Origin: Antedon mediterranea
Taxonomy: Eukaryota > Animalia > Echinodermata
Direction of reading: 5' to 3'
Length of the DNA stretch: 64,000 nucleotides
Assembly (NCBI RefSeq): GCF_964355755.1
Contig: NC_092672.1
Coordinates: forward strand, 35,966,437-36,030,436
The stretch's first letter is position 1, and each line of letters starts with the position of its first letter. The translations under genes and the position numbers were made by a program. The notes beneath the pieces were generated by a model. That model had not been told where the DNA came from and did not search any database. It saw only the letters and a list, made by a program, of their open reading frames with translations. This document shows positions 35,154-48,182 of this stretch, in pieces.

Positions 35154-35360
35154 AAGTTGTTGACGACGCGTTATTGCGAGTTATGAGCGGAGTTGTTGAC
35201 GCGTTATTGCGAGTTATGAGAGGTGTTGTTTACGACGCGTTATTGCGAGTTATGAGCTGAGTTGTTGACGACGCGTTATTGCGAGTTATGAGCTGAGTTG
35301 TTTACGACGCGTTATTTCGAGTTATGAGTGGAGTTGTTGACGCGTTATTACGAGTTAAGA
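35154..35360. repeat. CpG-rich tandem repeat, 33-37-bp unit, ~6 copies
   Basis: gttgttgac(gac)gcgttattgcgagttatgagc. Confidence 0.9.
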
Positions 35361-35660
35361 AATGCTGAACAATATATCCAATCAATTAAATTCTATTCTT
35401 AATTTTAGACTCTTTGATATTAATAATACATGTTATTATGTAAACAAAATAAAGAACAGATTATATGCAGATGTAGTGGACCTATCTTGGTGGTTAACAT
35501 GCTTGCATTCCAATCCCAAGGTACAGGGTTCAATCCTGACCTAATAGAGGTTGTAACTCGCGACTCTTTATGCGTAAGAAAAAAAAAATAAATAAAAAAA
35601 AAATAACCGATCATGTTACGTTTATCATTTGCCAATAGTTTCTATACAGCTCTGTGACGT

Positions 35661-37818
35661 CCCATTACCCTCTTAAACACCGATTACAAAATTCTTGCAC
35701 ATGTATTAAGTAACAGACTTAAAATGGTTATTAAATCAATAGTAAGTTCAGACCAAAAAGGTTATATAAAAGGCCGTTTCGCTGGTGAAAACATTCGGTT
35801 AATAGAAGACCTGCTTTATTATACAGAGTGTAATGATATCGAAGGGGCAATAATTACCGTAGATTTTAAGAAGGCTTTTGACTCTATTAGTAGAGATTTT
35901 ATGTTCAATGTTCTAGAAAAGTTTAACTTTGGAATGTTCTTTTGTAACTGGGTAAAAGTATTATACAATAACGTTGAATGTGTCACAGTTAACAATGGTT
36001 GGGTTTCAAACAATTTTAAAATGGAAAGAGGTATTAGACAAGGTTGTCCTCTATCTGCTCTGTTATTCATTTTAGTGGTTGAAGTAATGGCATCTAGAAT
36101 AAGAAACAAAGATGACTATAAGGGTATTAAACTTCCAAATAATGAAAATAACATAGAAGCTAGAATAAGCCAATTAGAAGATGATACTGTTTTGTATGTT
36201 GGTAATGACAAAAGTATTAAGTCAGCAGTCAGTGTAATTGAACGTTTTTGTGAAGTATCTGGAATGACACTAAATAAAAAAAAAACCAATGCTTTTTGGA
36301 TTGGTAAATGGAAGAACAGAATAGATAGACCTTTAGAATTAAATTGGGTAAAACACCCGATCAAAATTTTAGGCATATATGTAGGGTATAATACAGAAGA
36401 ATGTACCAGAAAAAACTGGGATGTTAAATTAATAGAGCTAGAAAAGACTTTAAAACAATGGAATGCTAGAAATCTCTCAATTTTTGGTAGAATAATAATC
36501 CTGAAAAGTCTTGCACTATCTAAATTAACATATGCTGCAAATATCACTGATGTTCCAAAATATGTATATACACAAGTTACAAATCTAATATATAATTTTA
36601 TTTGGAACAATAAAAGGGAAAAGATAAAAAGAAAAACTCTAATTGGTGATGTTGAGATGGGAGGCATTAAAATGCCTGATTTTACTCTTCATGTTAACGC
36701 ACTCATGTGTGGCTGGTTAAAAAGAATTATGAATGATGATGGTGCTAAATGGAAAAATATTCCAATGTATTATATTAAAAAAATATGTGATGTTAATGTT
36801 TTACTTAATATGTCATGTTATAACATTATTGATGTTAATTCTGATAAAATTCCACTGTTTTACAAAAATATGATAAAAGCCTACATAAATTATAACAGAA
36901 TCTCTAAAAAAAAAACCTGAAACTTATAACGATATAATGAATGAGCAACTGTGGGGAAACCACTACGTTAAACTTAAAAAAAAAACGATTTTCTACAAGC
37001 ATTGGATTGACAGTGGCATTATCAGTATTAAAGACATTGTTAATAAGAACACTTTTTTAACATCGAACGAAATACTGGTGAAACTACAATGTAAAACAAA
37101 CTGGTTAAATGAGTATTTGTGCATTATTAAGGCAATACCAATTCAATGGAAACGTATTATTAAGGAGGTAGATATTTTCAATTGTGATGATAATGATGAA
37201 GTAGTTGGGACTAAGTATGAGATTAATACTACCAAAATAATATACTCATGGTTTGTGAAAGAATATTTCATTATTCCAATGTCACAACTAAAATGGGAAG
37301 AGTACTTCAATGATAACAACATTGATTGGAAAACTTCTTGGTTACGGAAAGTATGTAAAATGAAAGATAAGAAACTAGCACAATTCAATTATAAGATGTT
37401 ACATAGAATACTGCCTACCAACAAACGGCTGTATCAGTGGAAAGTTAAGGAAACACAAACGTGTGACAAATGTGGAGAAATTGAAAATGAAAATCATTTG
37501 TTTTTTAGTTGTAGATTTATTCAGAAATATTGGAGGAAAATGCTTAGTATCTTTGTAAGTTTAAATCACAATAATATATCATTTAAACAATTAATACTAG
37601 GAACGGGAGATAAGCTAATAGATTATATTTACACTTTTGCAGCATTTACTATTTATAGAATAAAAATGTTATCTGCACTAAATAAGCCAGTGGGTAAATC
37701 TTTATGGAATTCATTTAAAAGCAATATGTTATATAACATTGAATGTGAAACATATAACAATAAAGAAACAAGTATAGAAAAATGGGTAGCTTTAAGAAAT
37801 AAGATTATGATAATATAA
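35661..37818 (+). pseudogene. LINE ORF2 remnant: reverse transcriptase plus C-terminal CCHC zinc knuckle, one frameshift in the A-run at 36906-36915
   Basis: QKGYIKGR, DFKKAFD, GIRQGCPLS, QLEDDT (YADD-equivalent), KILGI, GGIKMPD and CDKCGEIENENHLFFSC; ORFs 35724-36920 and 36937-37818 join if one A is removed. Confidence 0.93.
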
Positions 37819-38192
37819 ATTCTAACTTGATACGATTAACCGAAAAGGAATTACAGTGATACGGGTTACTGGTGGTACTGAGCTATTATTGTTTTTTTTT
37901 ATCATGTATATAAATATATTGTATAATCCGGGTTGTAAAATGAAAACAAACAAATGAAAATGTGTGAACTATTTTAAAACGGGATAGATGATAATGATGA
38001 TCCTGTCAAGTGTATAACAAAATATAAGAAAATTAATGAAAAAAGGAGTAATACAGAATTCATATATGTAAAAATGTTACTTATGAACTGTAACGACATT
38101 TACAAGTTAAATAATACGATTTTATGTAATATGAGATAATATGAATGTGAATAAAAGTGGTGTTTGCGCCACAAAAGAGAAAAAAAAAAAAA
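35661..38192 (+). mobile_element. 5'-truncated Tx1/L1-clade non-LTR retrotransposon with poly(A) tail and 13-bp TSD
   Basis: TSD agctctgtgacgt at 35648-35660 and 38193-38205; AATAAA and A-tail at the 3' end; starts mid-RT at PITLLNTDYKIL. Confidence 0.95.
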
Positions 38193-38284
38193 AGCTCTGT
38201 GACGTAACACGAATCTTTGACCAATCACAGGCGACAGTTCGTATGATGGTTGCGATTGGTCAAATATTTTGTGTTACGCATGCA

Positions 38285-39055
38285 TTAAGAGACACGGGGG
38301 ACACTTTGTTGAGGCGTCCCCTTAATAGGTGTTCTATAATACTATTAGGAGGACACTTGATTGAGGTGACCCTTAATAGGTGTTCTATAATACTATTAGG
38401 AGGACACTTGATTGAGGTGACCCTTAATAGGTGTTTTATAATGCTATTAGGAGGACACTTGATTGAGGTGACCCTTAATAGGTGTTCTATAATACTTTTA
38501 GGAGGACACTTGATTGAGGTGACCCTTAATAGGTGTTTTATAATACTATTAGGAGGACACTTGATTGAGGTGACCCTTAATAGGTGTTCTATAATACTAT
38601 TAGGAGGACACTCGATTGAGGTGACCCTTAATAGGTGTTCTATAATACTATTAGGAGGACACTTGATTGAGGTGACCCTTAATAGGTGTTCTATAATACT
38701 ATTAGGAGGACACTTGATTGAGGTGACCCTTAATAGGTGTTCTATAATACTATTAGGAGGACACTTGATTGAGGTGACCCTTAATAGGTGTTCTATAATA
38801 CTATTAGGAGGACACTTGATTGAGGTGACCCTTAATAGGTGTTCTATAATACTATTAGGAGGACACTTGATTGAGGTGACCCTTAATAGGTGTTCTATAA
38901 TACTATTAGGAGGACACTTGATTGAGGTGACCCTTAATAAGGGTTCCATCCCCATTAAGCGGCGGACACTTTGTTAAGGTGACCCTTAAGAAAGGTTCCA
39001 TCCCATTAAGGGGACACTCTGTTCAGGTGTCCCCTTAATAGGGGTTCTCTCTGTA
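38285..39055. mobile_element. Tc1/mariner-pogo-like MITE remnant hosting the 51-bp array
   Basis: right end gtgtccccttaataggggttctctctg|ta; related end at ~53290-53339; left TIR not seen. Confidence 0.55.
38319..38939. repeat. minisatellite, 51-bp unit, ~12 copies, inside a Tc1/pogo-like MITE
   Basis: unit cccttaataggtgttctataatactattaggaggacacttgattgaggtga. Confidence 0.95.
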
Positions 39056-41458
39056 GATTAAATGAAAATACATTTTCAGCATTGAAACACATGATCCTTG
39101 TGTGTAAACCACCCATTATGTAACAAATTACAATGCTATAATTGTTCACACGATCCCGATATTAGGAGGAGAATGTTAAATAGAACGCTCTGTATTAAAA
39201 TAATTAATTAAACTAGGTTAGTTATATTAGTGAATATCGTGCGTGAGATAACTTAATGATTCACATTCAAGCATATTTTTTTCGTCAACAAGCACTGTGC
39301 GAAACTTATGCTTACTTGAGACGTTAATAGTTGTCTAAGCTTTAGATACAATATTATATAATACGGTCGGCTTTTGTTCGTTTGTTTCTCTTCGTATGAC
39401 GACGACGTTTGTGTCAAGTTTTTGTCTGAATCTTTTTAAAATAATATTGATTTTATTTTTCTTTTGTCGAGGTTTGTGTGTGAATTAAAATATTTGGAAA
39501 ATAATTATTACAACCATTCTTAAATCGTGGTAATAAAAAATGAATATAATTGTTAGAAATATTGAAGAATATCACCCCATACTGCGAAGATTGCAACCTT
39601 AATTGGCGCGTGAAGGTTGTTGCTATTGTGTTTGCCTAATGAATTTCACGATTCTTGATCATATTCCAAGCTCATCAAAAAGAGATAAAATAATTATTAC
39701 GAATTGCAAATCAAAATAATGTCACCAAGGAGATTTAATGAAATCACAGATAAATGTAAAAATTATTATTGGATAAAAAATCATCGCGTAATAACAAGCG
39801 CAAACTAATGATTTTTTACCGCAATTCGATTAGTTGTATTCATCCGCGTGACGTCATAGTTTACTGTTCGGTTGCCGAACTCGCAAGTAGTCCGAAAAGA
39901 AATACAACGTTTATAAAGTTGGTATTTGTTTCATTTTAAACAATTTAATAATAGATCGGCAAGCACAGTAAATCATCGCAATGTTTTATATTAAATATGT
40001 TTGAATCCCTTTAAGCGTCGGTTCGTGTTCGAATATATCTTAAGTTATCAAAGCGATTTGTCTACTAACTAAAAGATGATTACAATTTGTATAGTGACTA
40101 GATGTAGGCTTAATTATTATGCCAATAACTGTATCGTCTGACAAGGGTATTTTTATGCAGACTTATGTGTGAAAAACCTTACACGTTTTCTCAATCTTTA
40201 AACACATTATTGTGACGTGTTTTCTCGCTTATTCATTTACACACAAAAATTCTTCAATTATTGAATATAATGTCGCCTGTTAAATATCATGTTATGCACG
40301 TTATTTTGTTATTGTTGTTTAATTTTTAATGCGCATCGATATATAGGCCTATATTGTGCATGTAAGCGTATTTGTATGAGATTTTGTTGAATTCTTGCAA
40401 AACATTTTTGTTAAAGATTATTTTGTCAATGTGTGATGATTGGCGCCAAAATTGTAACTTTCTGCAAATCGCCTATGATCGTCTGTCGTCAAAGTCTGAC
40501 GTATTTAAGCCAGACAAACATATTATGACCGTTACTTAGTCGTTTAAAAGAAAAATTGCGTCCATTGTCGCCATAAAAGTTGAGAAATTTCTGTGTAATT
40601 AAAAAAAGAGAGAACCTGAATATATTATTGGTCTTCTTTTCTTGATTTACGCGAATTGTGATTGATTTTTTTACCCCATTTTTGTTGCGACTTCTCGTCT
40701 GCGTATCTAGCGTATAGTATGCAAATGAGTTATTAGTTGTTTAGTCTCAATGTAGCCAGTCGTGTTGTTGGCGGCTGGACGTAAAGTTACGACCTGCTGT
40801 CCGATATGTCCACACGGTAATGTCACGATTACTGATCGCATATCATCGTGTACTTCAAATTTATGTTCATTTGTGAGGTCCTTTGGAATTTTAGGCTGAT
40901 ACAGAATTCGGGTTACAAAACAGGGGTTACACCGACCTACATATCGACTTCGATACCCGTCATCATAAAATATATAAACTGTCTAAAAGCAATCAGAATC
41001 TGTTCATATTTATGTAATTTTGATAGATTACTATCATTGGTACCTTTGGGTTGATGATCAAAACGCTCTGGAATTTGTTTTTATTTGACATTTCTGTGAA
41101 TACAGTTTTTTGTAACGATGAATTTCAGTTGCGGCCTACTTTGTGAATGTAACTAAATGTTGCGACCAATGTCACCATGTTCACGTTTGGACCTTACGGA
41201 ATGTGTTGGTTTCCACACGTGAGTTTTAGGGTTAGGCTTCTAAAAACGATTATCTACCACACCAGAGCAACCCATTACCTTCCTCAATCACATCCTCTTT
41301 ACCTGGTTCACGTTTTCGATGTGTTGGTTCTCACACGCGAGTTGTAGGCCTAGGACTAGCTGATTATCTTCCACACACCAGAGCAACGCATTAAGGCATT
41401 ACCTTCCTCAATCACACCCCCTCGTTTCGTAAAAAAAAAAAAACAGTACGTAACTACT

Positions 41459-41828
41459 TTAATAATAATAATAATAATAAACAGTATTTATATAGCGCCT
41501 AATGGATCACTGACCCCTCTAGGTGCTTTACATAGGACCTTAACTAATGGTAATAAACTATCCCCCGCCGGACACCATTCCGGTATTTCTTAGTCGAGGT
41601 TTCGGGGATGGAGACAATCAATAATGTGAAAAAAAACAAAAATGTAACTAAGCTTAACTATGCTTAACTAAGGTAAAACTATCCCCCGCCGGACACCATC
41701 CCGGTATTTCTGAGTCAAGGTTTCGGGGCCAGAATTAAGAATAGAGAGTAAATGAAGCATGCACAACTTAAGCTAGGGTTAAACTATCCCCCGCCGGACA
41801 CCATCCCGGTATTTCTGAGTCAAGGTTT
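41459..41828 (-). mobile_element. L2-type 3' tail with a triplicated GC-rich ~52-bp unit
   Basis: minus strand tgtaaagcacctagag...ggcgctatataaatac...(tat)n; three copies of aaactatcccccgccggacaccatcccggtatttctgagtcaaggttt. Confidence 0.65.
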
Positions 41829-42258
41829 GCTTTTAAGTATTTGTTTTGATAAATATACATTAAATAATTTAATCTTTATTTACATTTCACATTTTTCCCC
41901 CGAGCTTGCATATTCGTTTTATGTAAAATAACGAAAACAATTACGAATTCCAGCGGGAATTATCCCTCTATTGTTACTCCTTTGTTTGAAATCAAAATAC
42001 CTAATTAATCAAACATCATAACCCGATCACTCGCGTAATAGGAGAAGATTTTCCTTAGGCCATTGATTTACAACTTGGTGATGACACAAATATTATTCGT
42101 CATCATACACGGCAAAATTTGTTATACTCTTGTTTTCAAGCTGCCTAAAAACCAAAGCAATCTTCACGTAAAGTCTAGAGACAATAAACTGCGTGCCTGT
42201 TTCTTGGCAAGCGACTAAAACGGTGTGTAAAATAAACCAGTTTTACCGAAATGCATAT

Positions 42259-42500
42259 ACACCAAATTCGAATAGCTTTATTTTTGTATTTTTAAGTTAT
42301 TAACGTTTGCCGAAACAAAAGATAAAATAAAAAAACATTAAATGTAATCAGAAATCCATTGATAATGGGCTTATGCACCAATTTCGAATAGCTTATTTTG
42401 TATTTTTAATAAAGTTATTAAGATTTGCCGAAACAAAAGATAAAATAAATAATAATTAAATATAACCAGAAATCCATTGATAAACATGGGCTAATGGACC
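42259..42500. repeat. ~120-bp imperfect tandem duplication
   Basis: caccaa.ttcgaatagcttat...tttgccgaaacaaaagataaaataaa...cagaaatccattgataa twice. Confidence 0.85.
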
Positions 42501-43071
42501 ATTGTTGTTGACATTTATGGTTTACTGTATAAAATGCATGGAAAATATATTCCGTAATTTATATTGACAATTTCACGTGCAAAAGTTGAGGATGATCTAA
42601 CAAGCCACGCCACAAAACTATAAAAGAAATAGTGTGTCGTCGTTTGTTCTGCTGAGGCGCGCCTTGATAATGATTATAAAATACACGCGCGCGCCCGCGC
42701 CTTTATGGCTTTGTCTTTTGTATTGTTAAAATGTTATTATTTAGATTAAATTAGCATAGCTTTCGGTAGATCAACTTAACTTATATATGTTAAATCACAT
42801 TTTGATTCAATATAATTTAATTTGTTCTCAGTTCGTGATATTTCGTTTGAATATAGACATAATTAGTCTAAACTTTATCGTTTAACATGACTAACATGTT
42901 TATATTTGTATAATAGGTGATCGATAACCGTTACGTTACAGGTTTAAATTAATATGGAAATCAATGCAAAAGAACTACGATTAGTTTGTTTTGTAAAGGT
43001 TTAAATTAAACTTAATTTATATTATATTTGTGTAAACCTTTTGCTTTGTCTTGTATTTTTATTGGATTTAA

Positions 43072-43404
43072 AGATGTATTGTCCTCCTTAAATTTTTTTT
43101 ATTAAATATGCCATTTTAATGTTATATAATAGTTATTGACTTCGACCAAGAATTTAATGCGAAAAAAATGTATTTACATGAAAAAACTTGAATTTAAAGC
43201 AAAAAATGGTCAAATTGGCTGCCAGCCAATGGATTTTTTGGTTGAATTTAACCATTTATCATGTTATTTTATAAGTGAAAACATTATTTTTTTCCGGGTT
43301 TTTTTTTACGGAAGTGATTCACTTTATTAAAACTACAAAATAACCTATTCAAAGTCTGATTTAATTAATCTTAATTTTTCATGTTTTTGAGGGACAATAC
43401 ATCT
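43072..43404. mobile_element. Kolobok-type MITE
   Basis: TIR agatgtattgtcc / ggacaatacatct, TTAA TSD, RR termini. Confidence 0.75.
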
Positions 43405-44218
43405 TTAAATATCGTATATAATACACACACCAGACAATTGAGTTTGAATTAATATTGTTGTGTTAGTATATTACAAATGTAGATAAACGAGACGAAACGA
43501 ATTCTGTATAGCCCTTTCTTGTCCGTAATATTGTATGTTTTTTCTCACCAGTTCAATATTTCTTTTTTTTATGGGCACTTCTGTATAGCATAGATTTGCC
43601 AAATTATGAAGGTTGTTAAAATAAATTTTACCTCAAATGAACATCATCAGCACATATTATATCTATGACGTCATTATCAGCAGTGTTGCATATTAATAAT
43701 TGCACTTGCTGTCCCAAGTCTGTAGTTATTGTCTTTTTTATGTTATTCCACCAGTTAAGTCGGCTTTTCGATTTTTTCGAGCTCAAGTAGTATACGTATG
43801 AAACGCCACATGGGTCAAAATATTTATCTTTTTACTACTAATATTAAACTAGAACGTAGACTAATTCATAATAATAAAGTTATTAATAGAAACATTGAAA
43901 AAAAAAGGTACCAGTAAAGTGTCAAACACTAAAGGTTGTAATTGATCTCTTTAAATTTGCATTCTGTCTGTGGAAATTATCTCATGTAACATGCAAATTT
44001 GCGAAAATACACTTAATTATTTTTGCCAGTGAAACAGTATAATTATAATGAGCAAATATAATTAATATTTAGAATTTAAAAATATTTATATTATATTGTT
44101 ATTTTGCACTTAGTATGGTAATGTATGTGCATTTTATAAATACTGGATGTAACATTTTATGAAATGACGTCATCATTATCTTTGAGGCAAGAAGTAACCA
44201 CAATTATAGGCCTAAATA

Positions 44219-44445
44219 TTCCCCTTCTTCTCTTGCTCCTGCTCCTTCTCCTCCTGCTCATCCGCCTCCTTCCTCCTCCTGCTCCTCCGCCTCCTTCTTC
44301 CACCTTATGCCCCTCCTTCTCTTCCTGCTCCTCCTCCTTCTTCTCCTGCTTCTTCTCCTCCTGCTCATCCGCCTCATTCCTCCTCCTGCTCCTCCGCCTC
44401 CTTCCTCCTCCTCATGCCTCTCCACATCCTCCTTCTTCTCCACCA
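44219..44445. repeat. polypyrimidine (CTC/CTT) low-complexity tract with an internal duplication
   Basis: ctcctgctcatccgcctc..tcctcctgctcctccgcctccttc occurs twice. Confidence 0.85.
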
Positions 44446-46220
44446 AGCGTTATGTAACTTTCCGGTATGATGACGGAGTTTTATCATCAGATCAACGCTG
44501 CATGTCTAATAATTCAACTGTAATCAAGTTAGGAATCCATATCAATGATCTACTCTGCTTATTATACACACGTGTCTCATATAACTACTAATTAACGACT
44601 TTCACGCGACCACTGAATTATGGCGATAAATTCGGATAAAATTAAATTCTGTGGAAATAAGAAAGTTTATTAATAGAGTTTATATTACCATTTCATTATT
44701 GTTCTATTACTTACATGACGTTATATTGGTGTAAGTTTTTACTGCTACGTTTAACACAACCTCACATCAACCCACAAATGATATAAGCGCAACGTATGCA
44801 ATTTGACCAATCACAAGCGATGGATTACCCGAACTGTCGCTTGTGATTGGTCACTCGTTTGCGTTGCGCATTTGTTCGTGCGTTGCGTCTTAGTGGAAAC
44901 CAAGCTTAACTTCAAAATTCAAATTTAACAAACATTTTATTCTCTTACTTAAACATTTTTATTACGACGCATAAGCGAATAAGATATTTGAATAATTGAT
45001 ATGCAATCCCATTGTACACTTTATCAGACTAAAGACGCTTGTCAGAGTGTCGTTAGAACCGTCTATTGTATTGAGATGTTAAATAGTGTGTTTACATTTG
45101 GGAATTATTAATAGCAATTCCCAGGTTTAATCAAGTGAGGTGTGTATCGTATCATGCTACTACTTATTTGTTTTATAATCGCATTATTCGATGTGATGCA
45201 CAACCAATTAACTTATTGCGATAATTTACTGAAGAGGGCGGTTTAGATCGAGCGTGCTATCTATTATCACGACTGCTAAGAAGCTGCTAACTAAGCATAA
45301 TATGCAGGTACACCCAAATATTCGCATGATGGATCCGTGTGGTAAGGCATTTTATTATGGCCTACAATTCCGTAGTATAACCAGTCCGGATATTGATACA
45401 ATTCTTTACATTTATATATAGATATAATATTGTTCCTATGTTTCATATGTCATTCATTTATTAGGCCATGTGTATCATACCCGGGATCATACCCCATGAT
45501 GTACCGGGTTGTTCCCTGTTAATTTTCTGCCAGTTTGGCGGAAGATGGGGTTAACCGGAAATACGTCATCATCTCGGAAGATTGATACGATTGCGAAATA
45601 CTGTCACCATATGTACTTTTACTTATACAAAATAAATACATAATACATTATTATATTATAATTAATTATATATACAGCATTTATTGTGCATCCATAATCT
45701 TTGCGGGTATTTTGTGTGTACATTTTGTCGAGTCAAACCCCGTCTAATTTTACCATGATTATCATAACAAAACTGATAATTTCCAATTTCCTTTATCATC
45801 GGTTCTGTCGGGGAGTTAATAGTTGTGTTTACACAGTGTTATATTATTACTGATGGTAGATCATCATGTGTTAAATTCTATCAGCTTTTGTGCTAATGCA
45901 TTTAGCAATTTAATAAATAAATTCATAAGCAACAACCCGCAGAGAAATCGTGTTGTGTTTACGTTAAAGAAACCCGTAATTATTTATGAGAAATTAAAAC
46001 TGAGGATTTGATATATTTAGATACGCTTCGCGTGAACTGATTATTTTATACGAACGCCTCAACGAATGCCTAATTATTGAGGTTTAGTTAATTATGAACT
46101 TAATTAAGACAAATCAATAGTTAGTGATACATTGCTAATGATGTATTTTAGATTGTAAGTATAAGAAAACAAGGGCATATGTGAAGTAATAACCTTTTCT
46201 TCCGCTCGAGTTAGCGTATA

Positions 46221-46393
46221 AGCTTGGTTCCCACATGGTCGCAACGCTAGGACTGCTAAGCAGCGCAACGCGAGTAATTCGACCAATTACGACAGGATGC
46301 ACATGATCCATCGTGTTCGTGATTGGTCAAATTACTTGAAATATTTGTGTTACACTTATGGTTCGTTGCGTCCGTCCTAGTAGGAACCAAGCG
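46221..46393. mobile_element. Harbinger-type MITE family B; partial copies at ~26693-26800, 38200-38281, 44786-44906 and 52504-52648
   Basis: TIR agcttggttcccac / taggaaccaagc; cgcaacgc repeats; central gaccaatcaca...gattggtcaa palindrome. Confidence 0.7.
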
Positions 46394-46464
46394 TTACATT
46401 ATGTTTAGGGTAAAATTCTTGTATTAGCCTATTTTGAAACATATTTTTTGTTTTCTAATTTTTA

Positions 46465-46605
46465 AGCCTTGTCTACAAAATAAAAAATGTGATGTGCCCA
46501 TATATGGTGATATATCACTACCATATTTGTGCATATCACTACCATATTATGTATATATATATTAGGGCACATCACATATTTTTGTTTGATAGTGTAGACA
46601 GAGCT
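46465..46605. mobile_element. MITE family A
   Basis: TTA TSD. Confidence 0.8.
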
Positions 46606-47399
46606 TTAAGTAAATACTCTTAGCGCCTTGGTAGAAGATAAGGCGACGGTAAGTATCTATCACAATATGGATAAACCCATTTATTTGTGCATGATCACAA
46701 CAACCAGGTTACGATGAATAGTCGAAGTTTCTAAAATGATTATCCGACTTTAAGTCGAAGTATTATGTTTACTTATAATGCATTTCAGCATGAAACATTC
46801 ATTAAACCGTTCGTTATTTTGTCATTGAAAACGCAGGACTCGTCCTTTGGGTGTGATGTTTAGCGGGTGTCGTTATTCGTGCTGCTTACACGACTCGTCA
46901 GTGTAACAAAAAAAATATGTATACAATATCGGAAAATTGATTAAATGTGACAATCTATGGCGGATGAGAAAACACTTTAGATCGATTAACGTCAGGCTCT
47001 CTAAACTAAAATGAAATAAGCGATCGATGGTTGAAATATAATACCAATAAGAAATCAGTAACATGAGTTTTAGGGAAAATTAGGGAACGATGAAAGCGAA
47101 AATTTATGAATTTTGAATAGAATAAATGTTGACAGTAGGCGACATATTACACTGCACGCGTTTTTGTTAGCGTTTCAACGGACATGAGATTATTCGTAGC
47201 AAATTATTGTGAAATGTATCTAGGATCATGATTGCTATTTATACGGTTTCAGATTACAAGATGATTCGAATATAGAAATGAACGTATTAAATAAAACGAC
47301 TTTATAGATGATTGTACAATCAAAGATGACACTCAGATTTATGTGTGCAAAATATTCTTTGTTTAAGTTTTGCCATGGTCCTAATTAAATATAAAGTTA

Positions 47400-47559
47400 A
47401 GCTCTGTCTACACTATCAAACTAGTTTGACAAAAAAAGTGTGTTCATGCCCAAATATGATAGTGATATGCTTAAATATGGTTGTGATATGAAATCACCAT
47501 GTCCATATATGGGCACATCACATTTTTGTCACATAAAGTTTGATAGTGTGGACAGAGCT
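47400..47559. mobile_element. MITE family A
   Basis: both TIRs. Confidence 0.85.
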
Positions 47560-48039
47560 TTGGAATAAAAAACTAAAGCGTAATGCGTGTGGACGGCGCG
47601 CTGACGTAATTACGTGCGTTAAAAACTATACCGTAATCGAACGTGCAGATGATTCACGGGAGAGTCACAGTTGTTTACTCAAACAATAAATTAATAAAAA
47701 AATAAATAATCGTTAAACAAATTAAACTTTATTAAATTATATTCCTTATTGCTTTGTCTTCAGAAAAATAGTCGATGTCTTTTCAAGAAATATTTACGTA
47801 ATTTACACCAAAACGAAAAGGTGTTGACTCGTCACAATAATAAACATGGGGTAAGTACATAGTATGTGTTTATGCATCGTGGTTTCAAATTGTATTTGAG
47901 AATTATTTGTTATATTACCGGTGTTTATTTTATTAAAATTTAAGTTACAAACGTACCACCAACTTTTGAAACTTTCAACAGCTAATTTGTATTCGTGGTT
48001 TCTCGAATAGGTATCAAACGAATCACTAGTCGGTGTAAA

Positions 48040-48182
48040 ATCTCTGTCTACACTATCAAACTAGTTTGACAAAAAAAGTGTGTGCCTAAATATGATAGTG
48101 ATATGCCCAAATATGGTAGTGATATGACGTCAACAAGTCCATATATGGGCACATCACATTTTTTGATAGTGTAGACAGAGCT
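48040..48182. mobile_element. MITE family A
   Basis: both TIRs. Confidence 0.85.

Noticed and set aside
35819-37388. Minus-strand ORFs of 96, 183 and 81 aa
   Set aside because: Antisense shadows of the LINE ORF2.
38141-38977. 278-aa and antisense 231-aa repeat ORFs
   Set aside because: Both come from the 51-bp tandem array; no coding context.
43676-43722. aattgcacttg, similar to the miR-92 5' end
   Set aside because: The rest of the mature sequence does not match and the hairpin is too short for a pre-miRNA.
44164-44591. Poly-Leu/Pro/Ser and poly-Glu/Arg ORFs
   Set aside because: Translation of a CTC/CTT low-complexity tract in several frames.
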